Below are positions 19,292-28,931 of a stretch of 64,000 bases of DNA, one piece after another. Under the pieces are notes generated by a model that had not been told where the DNA came from, did not search any database, and was given only the letters and a program-made list of their open reading frames with translations. Within the stretch, counting starts at the first letter, position 1; each line of letters opens with the position of its first letter. A program made the position numbers and the translations under genes. Source of the DNA: Myxococcota bacterium (GTDB taxonomy: Bacteria > Myxococcota_A > UBA9160 > UBA6930); contig OZ245002.1 in assembly GCA_965223415.1 (NCBI GenBank), positions 3,200,001 to 3,264,000 on the forward strand, read 5' to 3'.

Positions 19292-20452
19292 ATGGCGCAT
19301 CCGAGGGATTTCGGCTTCGGCGAAGACGAGGCGCTCCTCCGCGACCTGGCGAAGAAGTTCCTGGACGAGCAGCTCCCCGTGGAGAAGCTGCGGGAGCTCG
19401 TGGCGGCGGATCCGGAGGCGGTCTACGAGCGCGGCGAGCCGACGCGCTGGGACGAGGGCCTGTGGAAGCAGATCGTGGAGCTCGGGTGGACGGGCCTCGC
19501 CGTGCCCGAGGAGGCCGGCGGCGCGGGCTTCAAGACCGCCGGCATCGCCGGGCTGGTGGAGGAGGTCGGGCGTCACGCGCTACCCGCGCCCCTGGTGGCC
19601 ACGTTGAACGCGACCTTCGTGCTCCGGGAAGGGGATGCGGGGGCGGCGGCGCCCTGGCTCGCGCGCATCGCCGACGGCGCGGCCGCGACCCTCGCGACGA
19701 CGGACGCCCGCGGCAGCTTCTCGCCGTGCGATACGGACGTGGAGGCGCGGGCCGAGGGCGACGAGCTCGTGCTCTCGGGCGGGGCCTGCTTCGTGCAGGA
19801 CGCCCGGAAGGCGGAGCTGTACGTGGTGAGTGCGCGCCGCGGCGAGGATCGGCTGCTGTGCGTGGTGCCCGCCGGGAGCGGCGGCCTGTCCCTGGTTCCG
19901 GACCACATCCACGACCTGACCCGCGACCAGGCGCGCCTCGTCTTCGAGAAGGTGCGCATTCCGGCGGCCGACGTCGTGAGCGAGGACGCCGTGGGCGCCC
20001 TCACCCGGGCGTGGCCCGCCGTGCTCGTCACCGTCGCCGCGGACCTCTGTGGTACGAGCGAGTGGCAGCTCCAGACGACGGTGGAGTACGCCCGCAACCG
20101 CAAGCAGTTCGAACGCCCCCTGGGCTTCTTCCAGGCCGTCAAGCACCCGCTGGTCGACGTCATGATCGCCACGGACCGGGCCCGCTCGCTGCTCTACCAC
20201 GCGGCCTGCTGCATCGACGAGGGCGACCCGGACGCCGAGACGGCCGCCCGCATGGCCAAGAGCGCCGCCTCCGATGCCGGCGCCTACGCCTCGGACCGCT
20301 CGGTCCAGCTCCACGGCGGGATCGGCTTCACCTGGGAGTGCGACGTCCACCTCTTCTTCAAGCGCAGCATGCACAACCAGGCCCTCTACGGCGACGCCCC
20401 CCACCAGCGCCGCCTCCTCGCCGACACCCTTGTCCGAGCGCAGCAGGCGTGA
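19292..20452 (+). CDS. Acyl-CoA dehydrogenase (second subunit of tandem pair)
   Basis: PEEAGG, RKQFERPLGFFQAVKH and QLHGGIGFTWE motifs. Confidence 0.92.
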   Translation: MAHPRDFGFGEDEALLRDLAKKFLDEQLPVEKLRELVAADPEAVYERGEPTRWDEGLWKQIVELGWTGLAVPEEAGGAGFKTAGIAGLVEEVGRHALPAPLVATLNATFVLREGDAGAAAPWLARIADGAAATLATTDARGSFSPCDTDVEARAEGDELVLSGGACFVQDARKAELYVVSARRGEDRLLCVVPAGSGGLSLVPDHIHDLTRDQARLVFEKVRIPAADVVSEDAVGALTRAWPAVLVTVAADLCGTSEWQLQTTVEYARNRKQFERPLGFFQAVKHPLVDVMIATDRARSLLYHAACCIDEGDPDAETAARMAKSAASDAGAYASDRSVQLHGGIGFTWECDVHLFFKRSMHNQALYGDAPHQRRLLADTLVRAQQA

Positions 20453-20482
20453 TGCTCCCAGGATGCGCCACCCGTGTTGCGT

Positions 20483-21103
20483 TCAGGAGCGGTCCCGGTG
20501 TTGCGTTCGGAGCTGCCAGGTGAGGGCGAGGACGAGCAGGACGAGGGCGACGACGAGACGCGGATCCCCGAGCTGGAACCAGGGATCGAGGGGGTAGGCG
20601 ATGGTCTTGGCCATGGCGGCGATCTTGAAGTCGTGGATACCGCTCGGGCCGACGGCGACGGCCTGCTCCATGAGGTCGCGACGGCTGCGGTAGCGGACGA
20701 GGCCGCCGGTGGTCCACTCCTCGGCGCCCTCGATGCCCCACACGTCGATCGCCGGGGCGGCGGCGGTTCCCAGCATGACCGGGTGCGCCGCGCTGCGCAG
20801 GGCCCGGCCCAGGAAGGGCTCGGTGTACCTGCTCAGCACGTCCTCGGAGGTGTCACCGGGCTCGACTCCGGAAACCTGCCTCGGCACGTCGTGGAGCTCG
20901 ATCGCGTTCAGCATGACGAAGTCGTCGCCGGTGTCCGTCTCCATGAAGCCCCGCCAGCGCGCGACGTCTTCCGGCTCCGCGCCTCGCTCCTCGAGGGTGG
21001 CGACGAACTGCTGGATCTCCTCGGCCGTGAGCGGCCCGCCGAACGAGGTGTACCAGCCGAAGAAGACGACGTAGACGAAGGCGAGGAAGATCCACACGCG
21101 CAT
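20483..21103 (-). CDS. Membrane-anchored hypothetical protein (DUF1330-like fold possible)
   Basis: N- and C-terminal TM segments; FVMLN and LVRYRSRRD motifs; GGAG RBS. Confidence 0.65.
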   Translation of the reverse strand: MRVWIFLAFVYVVFFGWYTSFGGPLTAEEIQQFVATLEERGAEPEDVARWRGFMETDTGDDFVMLNAIELHDVPRQVSGVEPGDTSEDVLSRYTEPFLGRALRSAAHPVMLGTAAAPAIDVWGIEGAEEWTTGGLVRYRSRRDLMEQAVAVGPSGIHDFKIAAMAKTIAYPLDPWFQLGDPRLVVALVLLVLALTWQLRTQHRDRS

Positions 21104-21114
21104 GGGGTCTCCTG

Positions 21115-21887
21115 TCAGAGGGAGAGCGGAAGCTCCAGGTGGTCTGCGTAGATCCGGTCCCGATGCTCGAGGAGGATCGGGTCGAGGACGGCGGCGGTGG
21201 CCTCGTCGAGGCTCTCGAAGGCCGGGCGCATGGCTTCGGCCATCGGGCAGTGCTCCGGCGGCAGCGGACGGAAGAGCGCCATGAAGGTCGCGCTGTAGAT
21301 GTCGACGGCCGAGAGATCGCGGCCGAGGTAGTAGCCGGAGCCCGCTTCGCCCTGGGCTCGGAGCCGCCCGGCGAGCAAGCCGAGAATCTCCACCACTCGC
21401 TCCGCGGTCCGCTCCGCCTCCTCGGCCGGTAGTCGTACTTCTCGCCCAGGTATCGGGCGACCGGCTTCGGGAAGCCGGCCCCTCCGGCCAGGCCCGCGTG
21501 CACGCCCTGGTTCCGGCGGCACCATCCCAGGCCCATCTCTCCGCAGATCTCGTGGGCGAGGCCCATGGCCAGGGCCCGCTCGCCCGGATCCGCCGGCAGC
21601 AGGGCCGGCTCCGGAGCCAGCCGCTCGGCCACCAGCAGGATCTCCGCCCAGCCGCTCCGCGGCGCCTCCTGCTCGTAGATCGCCACGGGCCCACTCCGCT
21701 GGCCGCCGGTCCACTCGGCCATGGCGTCGCTCCCCTGGTCGAGCCGCACGGCGACCCAGGGAATGCGCTTCACGTGGAGGATGCCCTTGGCGGCCTCGCC
21801 CCAGGGGCTCGGCACGCCCGGGACCACCACCATGCGCAGCCCGCTCCGTCCCCGGGCCTCCTCCAGATCGACGGTCTCGAACGGCAT
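21115..21887 (-). pseudogene. Glutathione S-transferase-like protein with 1-bp frameshift near 21425
   Basis: N-half ([10 protein letters not shown]...KYDYRP) and C-half (EEAERT...[13 protein letters not shown]) lie in different frames; adding one base joins them. May be a sequencing error. Confidence 0.7.
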
Positions 21888-21917
21888 CCGGCGCTCCTCC
21901 GGTCCTCGCAGATGAAG

Positions 21918-21934
21918 TGGCATGGATTATGCCA
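21918..21934. promoter_or_regulatory. Palindromic sigma54-like promoter
   Basis: TGGCAT-ggatt-ATGCCA gives GG-N10-GC on both strands; minus-strand spacing fits the GST-like gene RBS and start. Confidence 0.45.
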
Positions 21935-22193
21935 AATTCTGACCGACTCCGAATCGCCCCGGCCCGAAAAAGGCCGGGCTTCCCCCTACCGCTGTGGGCC
22001 AGACGTGTCAGGATCTGCCCATCGGCAGCCAGCCGTTTCGCCGCGGGACGCACGGTCCAGAAGGCGGGTCACCGCCCGGCACTTCAGGGCCACCCACCCG
22101 GACGAGCCAAGAGCTCTCTCCGGGCCGCCCGCAGGCCGCGGCCCGGCTTTCGACCCCTATTCATCGCCATCGCACAGCACCAACGAGGACCCC

Positions 22194-23996
22194 ATGAGCT
22201 CCGACGCGCCTACGTCTCACTCCCGCCTCCTCGCCTGGGTCGACGAGATCGCCGCCCTGACCCGCCCGGACGCCGTCCGCTGGTGCGACGGATCCCAGGC
22301 CGAATACGACGAGATGTTCGAGCTGATGCTGGCCAGCGGAACGGCGGAGCGCCTCGACGAGGCCAAGCGCCCCGGTAGCTACCTCGTGCTCTCGGATCCG
22401 GCGGACGTGGCCCGGGTCGAGGATCGCACCTTCATCTGCTGCGAGAAGGAAGAGGACGCAGGCCCGAACAACAACTGGTGCGACCCGGCGGAGATGAAGG
22501 CGACCCTCAAGGGCCTCTTCGAGGGCTCGATGCGCGGCCGCACCCTCTACGTGATCCCCTTCTCGATGGGGCCGATCGGCTCCCCCATCGCCCACATCGG
22601 CGTCCAGCTCTCGGACTCCCCCTACGTGGTGGCGAACATGCGCATCATGACGCGCATGGGCGCGAAGGTCCTCGATGCCCTGGGCGACGACGGCGCCTTC
22701 GTGCCTTGCCTCCATTCGGTTGGCCATCCCCTCGAGCCCGGTCAGGCCGACGTGGCCTGGCCCTGTGACGGCGAGAACAAGTACATCGTCCACTTCCCCG
22801 AGACGCGGGAGATCTGGAGCTACGGCTCCGGCTACGGCGGCAACGCGCTCCTCGGCAAGAAGTGCTTCGCCCTGCGCATCGCCAGCACCATGGCCCGGGA
22901 CGAGGGCTGGATGGCCGAGCACATGCTCATCCTGAAGCTCACCTCGCCCGAGAGCGAGGTCCGCTACGTGGCCGCCGCCTTCCCGAGCGCCTGCGGCAAG
23001 ACGAACCTGGCGATGCTGGAGCCGACGATCCCCGGCTGGCAGGTCGAGTGTGTCGGTGACGACATCGCCTGGATGAAGTTCGGCGACGACGGTCAGCTCT
23101 ACGCGATCAACCCCGAGGCGGGCTTCTTCGGCGTGGCGCCGGGTACGAGCATGCAGTCGAACCCGAACGCCATGCGCAGCTTGGACCAGAACTGCATCTT
23201 CACGAACGTCGCGAAGACCGACGACGGCGACATCTGGTGGGAGCAGATGGGCGACGCGCCGGCCCACCTGACGGACTGGCGCGGCAACGATTGGACGCCG
23301 GACAGCGACACGCCGGCCTCCCACCCGAACGCCCGCTTCACGGCGCCCGCGAGCCAGTGTCCGGTGATCGCGCCCGAGTGGGAGGACCCGAAGGGCGTGC
23401 CGATCAGCGCGATCCTCTTCGGCGGTCGCCGCGCCACCGTCGTGCCCCTCGTGCACGAGGCCCGCGACTGGCAGCATGGCACCTTCCTCGGCTCGATCAT
23501 CTCCAGCGAGAAGACCGCCGCCGCCGCCGGCAAGGTCGGCGAGCTGCGCCGCGACCCGATGGCCATGCTTCCCTTCTGCGGATACAACATGGCCGATTAC
23601 TGGAGCCACTGGCTCGAGATCGGCCGTCACGCCGGCGCCCAGCTGCCGCGCATCTACTACGTGAACTGGTTCCGCAAGAGCGAGGGCGGCGATTTCCTCT
23701 GGCCCGGCTTCGGCGACAACGGCCGCGTCCTCAAGTGGATCTTCGAGCGAACCACCGGGAAGGTGGACGGCCTGGAGACTCCGATCGGCACCGTGCCCGC
23801 ACCGGGCGAGCTCGATCTCGGGGATCTCGTCATCGACGACGATGACGTCGCCGAGCTGCTCACCGTGGACGCGGCCGGCTGGCTCGCGGAGATCCCGCTC
23901 ATTCGCGACTACTACCAGCAGTTCGGGAACCGGCTGCCCAAGGAGCTGGAAGACGAGCTGGCCGCCCTCGAGCAGCGCCTCCGCGCCGCCCAGTAG
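22194..23996 (+). CDS. pckG: Phosphoenolpyruvate carboxykinase (GTP)
   Basis: [42 protein letters not shown] and [13 protein letters not shown] motifs. Confidence 0.97.
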   Translation: MSSDAPTSHSRLLAWVDEIAALTRPDAVRWCDGSQAEYDEMFELMLASGTAERLDEAKRPGSYLVLSDPADVARVEDRTFICCEKEEDAGPNNNWCDPAEMKATLKGLFEGSMRGRTLYVIPFSMGPIGSPIAHIGVQLSDSPYVVANMRIMTRMGAKVLDALGDDGAFVPCLHSVGHPLEPGQADVAWPCDGENKYIVHFPETREIWSYGSGYGGNALLGKKCFALRIASTMARDEGWMAEHMLILKLTSPESEVRYVAAAFPSACGKTNLAMLEPTIPGWQVECVGDDIAWMKFGDDGQLYAINPEAGFFGVAPGTSMQSNPNAMRSLDQNCIFTNVAKTDDGDIWWEQMGDAPAHLTDWRGNDWTPDSDTPASHPNARFTAPASQCPVIAPEWEDPKGVPISAILFGGRRATVVPLVHEARDWQHGTFLGSIISSEKTAAAAGKVGELRRDPMAMLPFCGYNMADYWSHWLEIGRHAGAQLPRIYYVNWFRKSEGGDFLWPGFGDNGRVLKWIFERTTGKVDGLETPIGTVPAPGELDLGDLVIDDDDVAELLTVDAAGWLAEIPLIRDYYQQFGNRLPKELEDELAALEQRLRAAQ

Positions 23997-24032
23997 GCAA
24001 CGCAACAAACGGAACCGGCCCCCAACGCAGCA

Positions 24033-24581
24033 TCAGGAAGGGCGTGGGTCGCCGGCTCCTGGTGCGCGGGCCGGGAGCAGGTCCTCGAGGAAGTAGGCGC
24101 AGAAGGCGCCGCGTCCGGGGAGTGACGCCTTCTGGTAGACGGCGCGGGCCTGGTGACGGACCGTGGCCTCGGTGGTGCCGCGCAGGGCCGCGATTTCCGG
24201 GTGGGAAAAGCCCTTGAGCATCAGGAGGCCCACCTCGCGTTCGGCGGCGGTGAGCTGCCAGGCCTCGAACTGCTTCTCGATCTCCTCGCCCAGGCCCGAG
24301 AGATAGCTCTGGGCACGCTCCCGCCAGGCGGCGCCTTCCGCGCGGGCGATCCGAAGATCGCGGGTGAGGGTCTCCTTCTCCTCGCGTTCGGCTGCGAAGC
24401 GGCCGGTCAACATCGTGACTCCCACCGCCGAGGCGACGATCAGTGCGGTCTGGAGCGCGTCGCCCAGCAGGTCCGGCCAGTCGAGATCCTCGTCCTCGGT
24501 CAGCACTTCGACGCTCATCAGCAGGACGAAGGCACCGACACCGAGTAGTCCCCAACGCAGCCGAATCGCTCGCTCGCTCAT
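24033..24581 (-). CDS. Membrane-anchored LuxR-type HTH regulator (copy 1)
   Basis: Two N-terminal TM helices; C-terminal LTAAEREVGLLMLKGFSH.EIA.LRGTTEATVRHQ HTH. Confidence 0.88.
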   Translation of the reverse strand: MSERAIRLRWGLLGVGAFVLLMSVEVLTEDEDLDWPDLLGDALQTALIVASAVGVTMLTGRFAAEREEKETLTRDLRIARAEGAAWRERAQSYLSGLGEEIEKQFEAWQLTAAEREVGLLMLKGFSHPEIAALRGTTEATVRHQARAVYQKASLPGRGAFCAYFLEDLLPARAPGAGDPRPS

Positions 24582-24585
24582 CGGT

Positions 24586-25746
24586 CTATCGTGCCACAGA
24601 CCCCGCGTCGTCGTGGGAGTGCCGCCCGACGAGGAGCTGCTCGTAGCCAGCCACCGATCGGCTCGCGGAGAAGAACCGGGCGCGGCGCCGGCCCGGCTCC
24701 GGATCGTGAGGCGCAGCCAGGGCGTGCTCCAGGGCCGCGGCCAGCTGCCGGTGGCGCCCGACCGGCACGAGGGTCCCAAAGCGTCCCCGGTCGAGGATTT
24801 CCGACGGGCCCGCCGGGCAGTCCGTGCTCACGATCGGGCAGCCGGCGAGCAGGCCCTCGATCAGCACCGTCGGGAGCCCCTCGTAGACGGAGGACAGGGC
24901 GAGCACGCCGGCGCGCTGCATGTAGGCGAGGGGCGCCTTCACGTGGCCGGCCAGCGACACGTCTCCATCCAGGCCGAGCTGGCGGGCGAGGCGTTCCAGC
25001 TTCGTCCGCTGGTTGCCCTCGCCGAGCACGAGCAGCCGCGCCCGGCGCCGCCGGCGCAGCAGGGCGAAGGCGCGAAGCAGCGTGGGAAGATCCTTCTGGA
25101 CCCGGAGCGCGCTCACCGCCAGCACCACCGGGGGGGCCCCTGGCGCGAACCAGGCATGGTCGAGGGGCGCGTGGAGCTGCTTCTCGAGCTCGCCCGTGAC
25201 GACGGGGTTCGGAAGCGTGAAGACCCGCTCGGGCGAGAGACCGAGCAGCGACACCAGGTCGCAGGAAACACCCGCGGACACTCCGACCACGGCCTGGGCG
25301 CGCCGGTAGCTGGCCGGCGCCGCGAGCCGGAAGACTGGCTTCGCTCCCCGGGCAGGATGGAAGAGCGAGCTCGAGAGGTGGGTGTGCTCGCTCAGCACGA
25401 CCCGCGTGCCTCCACCCGCCCAGGCGCCCGCCCACACCGCGGCCAGGTTCGCGTACATGCCGCCGGCCAGCAGCGCCTGAGGACGGCGCTCCCTCAGGTA
25501 GGTGGCCAGGCGCGGGGTCGAGGCCGGGACGAAGCGCCGCTTGTGCCGCCGCATCCACCGGCGCCGGGTCCAGCCCGCGTCGAGCACGATCGGCGCGGCC
25601 GCGACGGGTGGCCCGTCGCCGTCCACGTGGCACGTGACCACGTCGACCTCGTGGCCCGCCGCCCGCAGCCCGTCGGCCAGGTTGAGGAACATGCGCTGCA
25701 CGGCGCCACGCCAGAGCGTGGAGGAGAAGAGGGCGATGCGGGTCAC
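24586..25746 (-). CDS. Glycosyltransferase family 4
   Basis: GAVQR, LPNPV, QKDLPTLLRAF and LSSVYEGLPTVLIEG motifs. Confidence 0.9.
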   Translation of the reverse strand: MTRIALFSSTLWRGAVQRMFLNLADGLRAAGHEVDVVTCHVDGDGPPVAAAPIVLDAGWTRRRWMRRHKRRFVPASTPRLATYLRERRPQALLAGGMYANLAAVWAGAWAGGGTRVVLSEHTHLSSSLFHPARGAKPVFRLAAPASYRRAQAVVGVSAGVSCDLVSLLGLSPERVFTLPNPVVTGELEKQLHAPLDHAWFAPGAPPVVLAVSALRVQKDLPTLLRAFALLRRRRRARLLVLGEGNQRTKLERLARQLGLDGDVSLAGHVKAPLAYMQRAGVLALSSVYEGLPTVLIEGLLAGCPIVSTDCPAGPSEILDRGRFGTLVPVGRHRQLAAALEHALAAPHDPEPGRRRARFFSASRSVAGYEQLLVGRHSHDDAGSVAR

Positions 25747-25805
25747 GGAGCTCCCCGAGTGGAGCGGGCGATGCGGGTCACGGAGCTCCCCGAGTGGAGC
25801 GGGCG
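25731..25805. repeat. Exact 35-bp tandem duplication spanning the glycosyltransferase start
   Basis: GGGCGATGCGGGTCACGGAGCTCCCCGAGTGGAGC at 25731-25765 and 25766-25800, then GGGCG. Confidence 0.92.
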
Positions 25806-25886
25806 TTGGCGGGGGAGGGGCGGGTTCTCGTTGGGTCACGGCTCTCGGGGAGCCGGAGGGATCCCGCCGCCCCTCCCCCAGAGAGG

Positions 25887-27020
25887 TCATGGGGCGGCGC
25901 GCCCGACGAGGCGTCCGTACACGTCGAGCAGGCGGTCGGTGGCCGCGTCCCAGCTTCGGGCCCGTGCCTGCTCGCGGGCGCGCATCCCGAGCCGCAGCCG
26001 CAGGTCGTCGTGGTCCATCAGCCGGCCGAGGGCCGTCGCCAGCGCATCCACGTCGCCGGGAGGCACCAACAGGCCCGCCAGGCCGTGGTCGACCGCCTCG
26101 GGCATGCCGCCGGTGTCGCTGGCGATGCAGGGGATCCCCTCGGCCTGGAGCTCGAGGAGCGCCCCGGGCAGGTTGTCGCCCCGCGACGGCACCAGGCCGA
26201 TCGCCGTCTCCGCGAGAAGGCGCGCCTTGTCCTCGCCCTCGATCCAGCCGCACAGGTCGATGCGGGAGGCCGTGTCCAGCGAATCGGCCAGCGCGTGGAG
26301 CCGGCCGGCTTCGCTGCCCCGGCCTCCCACGACCAGTCGCCAGCCCGGGCGGGAGCGCGCCGCCCGGTCGAAGGCCAGGAGCGCCACGTCGACGCCCTTG
26401 CTCTCGGCCAGGCGGGCGAGGACGGCGATCGTCTGGCCCGTGGCTCCGCGCGGCCGGGTCCTCGCGGGACGGAAGCCCGGGGTGACGACGACGGTGCGCT
26501 CCCGGTCGGCGCCGGCGGCGATCGCCCGGTCCGCCGACCAACGGGACACCGTCACCACTGCGTCCGCGCGATGCAGGGCCCAGCGGCTGCCCGCGTTCGC
26601 GAAGTCGGCGCGGCTCCCCGTGTGCGGTGTGAGCACGACCCGGGGCCTGCCGCTGGCGCGTCGGGCCGCCAACGTCGTGGCCACCAGGGGCCAGCGCGGA
26701 AGGGCGGAATGCAGGTGCACGACGTCCGGCCGGAAGGACAGGAGCTCGCGCAGCAGCCAGGGCGCCCGCGCGATGGGGCGCCGGCGGCTCGGCCACGGGC
26801 GCAGCTCGACGCCGCCCAGGGGGCCGGACCCGCCGTCGGCCGGGCCGGAGACCCGGACGCGCTGGCCCCGCGCCGCCAGCGCCCGCGCGTGCCCGGCCAC
26901 GACGCGTCCGATGCCGCCGGTCCACTGGGCCTCGAGCTTCGACGCCACCAGCAGGATCCGCAGGGCCGGTGCCTCCCGGATCCGGGGGGTGGGCTCGTCG
27001 ATGGCGGGCGGAGCGGCCAT
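25887..27020 (-). CDS. Glycosyltransferase family 4
   Basis: GGIGR, RPDVVHLH, ARLAESKG, PSRGDNLPGALLE and SDTGGMPE motifs. Confidence 0.88.
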   Translation of the reverse strand: MAAPPAIDEPTPRIREAPALRILLVASKLEAQWTGGIGRVVAGHARALAARGQRVRVSGPADGGSGPLGGVELRPWPSRRRPIARAPWLLRELLSFRPDVVHLHSALPRWPLVATTLAARRASGRPRVVLTPHTGSRADFANAGSRWALHRADAVVTVSRWSADRAIAAGADRERTVVVTPGFRPARTRPRGATGQTIAVLARLAESKGVDVALLAFDRAARSRPGWRLVVGGRGSEAGRLHALADSLDTASRIDLCGWIEGEDKARLLAETAIGLVPSRGDNLPGALLELQAEGIPCIASDTGGMPEAVDHGLAGLLVPPGDVDALATALGRLMDHDDLRLRLGMRAREQARARSWDAATDRLLDVYGRLVGRAAP

Positions 27021-27141
27021 GGGAGCCAGCCTGCACGCTCCCGCCGATCCGCCCATCGGCGATGCGTGATACACGGCGCCGGTCCTTGTGCCCCGGGCGT
27101 GCCACGGTCGTGGCACTGCGGCCGCGAACCCCAACGCTCGC

Positions 27142-27699
27142 TCAGCTGATGGCGTGCTCGCGACCGGGCAGCTGGGTCGGATCCCGCGCCGGAAGCAGGT
27201 CCTCCAGGAAGTACGCGCAGAAGGCGCTGCGCCCGGGAAGGTGCGACTTCTGGTAGGTGGCGCGCGCCTGGTGGCGCACGGTGGCCTCGGTCGTGCCGCG
27301 CAGGCCGGCGATCTCGCGGTGGGAGAATCCCTTCAGCATCAGCAGGCCGACCTCGCGCTCGGCGTTCGTCAGCTCCCATTCCTCGAACTGCTTCTGGATC
27401 TCGTGGCCGAGACCGGCCAGGTAGCCCTGGGCGCGGTCTCGCCAGGCGGCGCCCTCCGCCCGGGCCATCTGCAGGTCGCGGGTCAGGGTTTCCTTCTCTT
27501 CCCGCTCGGCCTGAAAGCGGCCGGTCAGCATCGTCACCCCCACGGCCGAGGCCACGAGGAGGGCGGTCTGGAGGGCGTCGCCGGCAAGATCGGGCCAGTC
27601 GATGGCCTCGTCCTCGGTCAGCACCTCGACGCCCATGAGCAGGACGAAGGCACCGAGGCCCAGGAGGGCCCAGCGGATGCGGATGGAGCGCTCGGTCAC
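27142..27699 (-). CDS. Membrane-anchored LuxR-type HTH regulator (copy 2)
   Basis: About 84% identical to 24033-24581 by manual alignment; GGAGGA RBS before GTG. Confidence 0.88.
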   Translation of the reverse strand: MTERSIRIRWALLGLGAFVLLMGVEVLTEDEAIDWPDLAGDALQTALLVASAVGVTMLTGRFQAEREEKETLTRDLQMARAEGAAWRDRAQGYLAGLGHEIQKQFEEWELTNAEREVGLLMLKGFSHREIAGLRGTTEATVRHQARATYQKSHLPGRSAFCAYFLEDLLPARDPTQLPGREHAIS

Positions 27700-27921
27700 G
27701 GTCGGTTCCTCCGGGGCGGGGGCCGCGGGGTGCCCGGCTCCAGGTGTGCCCGGAACGGCCGGAGGATCCATCCCCCAGCTGTGATACGCGCCCGCACGGA
27801 TGTGGAATACCGAGGCGAATCGACCGCTTACACCTCTCCGTCGATGTGGCGGCGGGGCCTCCGCGGGTAGAACTGGCTCGAACCCCCGGGCCTCGCGGCC
27901 CGCCCACGAGAGGAAAGAGCC

Positions 27922-28866
27922 ATGCGCAAGATCCAGACCGCCCTGACGCTGCTGGTGGCAGCGACCTTCCTGCTGCCGGCCGTCGCCGACGCCAAGAAGA
28001 AGAAGCGCCGCCGCCACTTCAGCATCTGCGAGCAGACCGCGATCCAGCAAGCCCGCGGCTGCGAGCTCGAGGCCAAGGAGGACCGGCACGTCAACCTGGC
28101 CATCTGCCTGAACTTCACCGACCCGGACGAGCGGGAGGAGTGCCTGGACGAGGCCGGCGAGGCGTTCCACGAGACCGCCGAGCTGTGCAAGGAGCAGACC
28201 GAGGCCCGCTTCCTGCTCTGCGCGCAGCCCGGCATGGCCGGCGCCTACGACCCGGACCTGGACCCGAATGACTTCGTGGTCGGCATCGACAACCCCTACA
28301 CGCCCTTCCGGGTGGGCTCGGTGTGGGTCTACGAGAAGGACGGCGAGGACGGGCTGGAGACGATCCAGGTCGAGGTCCTCCCCGACACCTTCGAGATCGA
28401 AGGCATCGAGGCCACCCAGATTCGCGACCGGGTGTGGGTCGACGGCGAGCTGGTCGAGGACACCATCGATTGGCTTGCCCAGGACGTGGACGGCAACGTC
28501 TGGTACCTGGGCGAGATCGCCCTGAACTTCGAGGACGGCCGGCTGGTCGACATCGACGGCTCCTGGCTCACCGGCGTGGACGGCGCCAAGCCCGGCTTCT
28601 GGATGAAGGGGGATCCGCAGGTCGGCGAGTTCTACCGCCAGGAGTGGCTGGCCGGCGACGCCGAGGACGTGGCCGAGGTGATCAGCCTCGACGCCGACGT
28701 GGTCGTCCCCTTCGACAACGGAAATCCGATCCTGCAGACGCGGGACTTCACGCCCATCGAGCCCGGCGTGGAGGAGTTCAAGTTCTACGTGCCCGGGGTG
28801 GGCCTGGTGATGGAGGTCGACCCGGAGAGCGGGGAGACCCTGGAGCTGCTCTCCTACACCCCGTAG
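27922..28866 (+). CDS. Secreted hypothetical protein with six-cysteine N-terminal domain
   Basis: Signal peptide, GAGGA RBS; beta-rich C-domain with IDNPY, TIDWLAQDVDGNVWYLGE and GSWLTGVDGAKPG. Confidence 0.85.
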   Translation: MRKIQTALTLLVAATFLLPAVADAKKKKRRRHFSICEQTAIQQARGCELEAKEDRHVNLAICLNFTDPDEREECLDEAGEAFHETAELCKEQTEARFLLCAQPGMAGAYDPDLDPNDFVVGIDNPYTPFRVGSVWVYEKDGEDGLETIQVEVLPDTFEIEGIEATQIRDRVWVDGELVEDTIDWLAQDVDGNVWYLGEIALNFEDGRLVDIDGSWLTGVDGAKPGFWMKGDPQVGEFYRQEWLAGDAEDVAEVISLDADVVVPFDNGNPILQTRDFTPIEPGVEEFKFYVPGVGLVMEVDPESGETLELLSYTP

Positions 28867-28888
28867 GGACGTCGGCGCCGTGTCGGAG

Positions 28889-28919
28889 GAGGCCCGGTGG
28901 GCTCGGCCCGCCGGGCCTC
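28889..28919. terminator. Hairpin between convergent genes, probable terminator
   Basis: GAGGCCCGGTGGGC-tcg-GCCCGCCGGGCCTC stem followed by a pyrimidine-rich tail. Confidence 0.55.
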
Positions 28920-28931
28920 GCTTCTCTCGGG

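Noticed and set aside
20474..20513. Short direct repeat GTGTTGCGTTC(A)GGAGC at a convergent gene end
   Set aside because: Two short copies, most likely local slippage; no further structure.
22020..22110. GGCA...GGGACGCA segment reminiscent of a c-di-GMP-I riboswitch
   Set aside because: Lacks the GAAA tetraloop and the GCAAAG-type context; cannot be supported without a covariance-model search.
25731..25805. 35-bp direct repeats as a CRISPR array
   Set aside because: Only two abutting copies, no spacers and no cas genes.
27089..27116. Sigma54-like TGGCACG-N-GGGCA and palindrome GTGCCACG-GT-CGTGGCAC upstream of GT4
   Set aside because: The -12 element lacks TT, and GC-rich palindromes arise easily here; too weak to call.
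24033..27699. Composite transposon formed by the two LuxR copies
   Set aside because: No transposase, IRs or target duplication; the copies are about 16% diverged.
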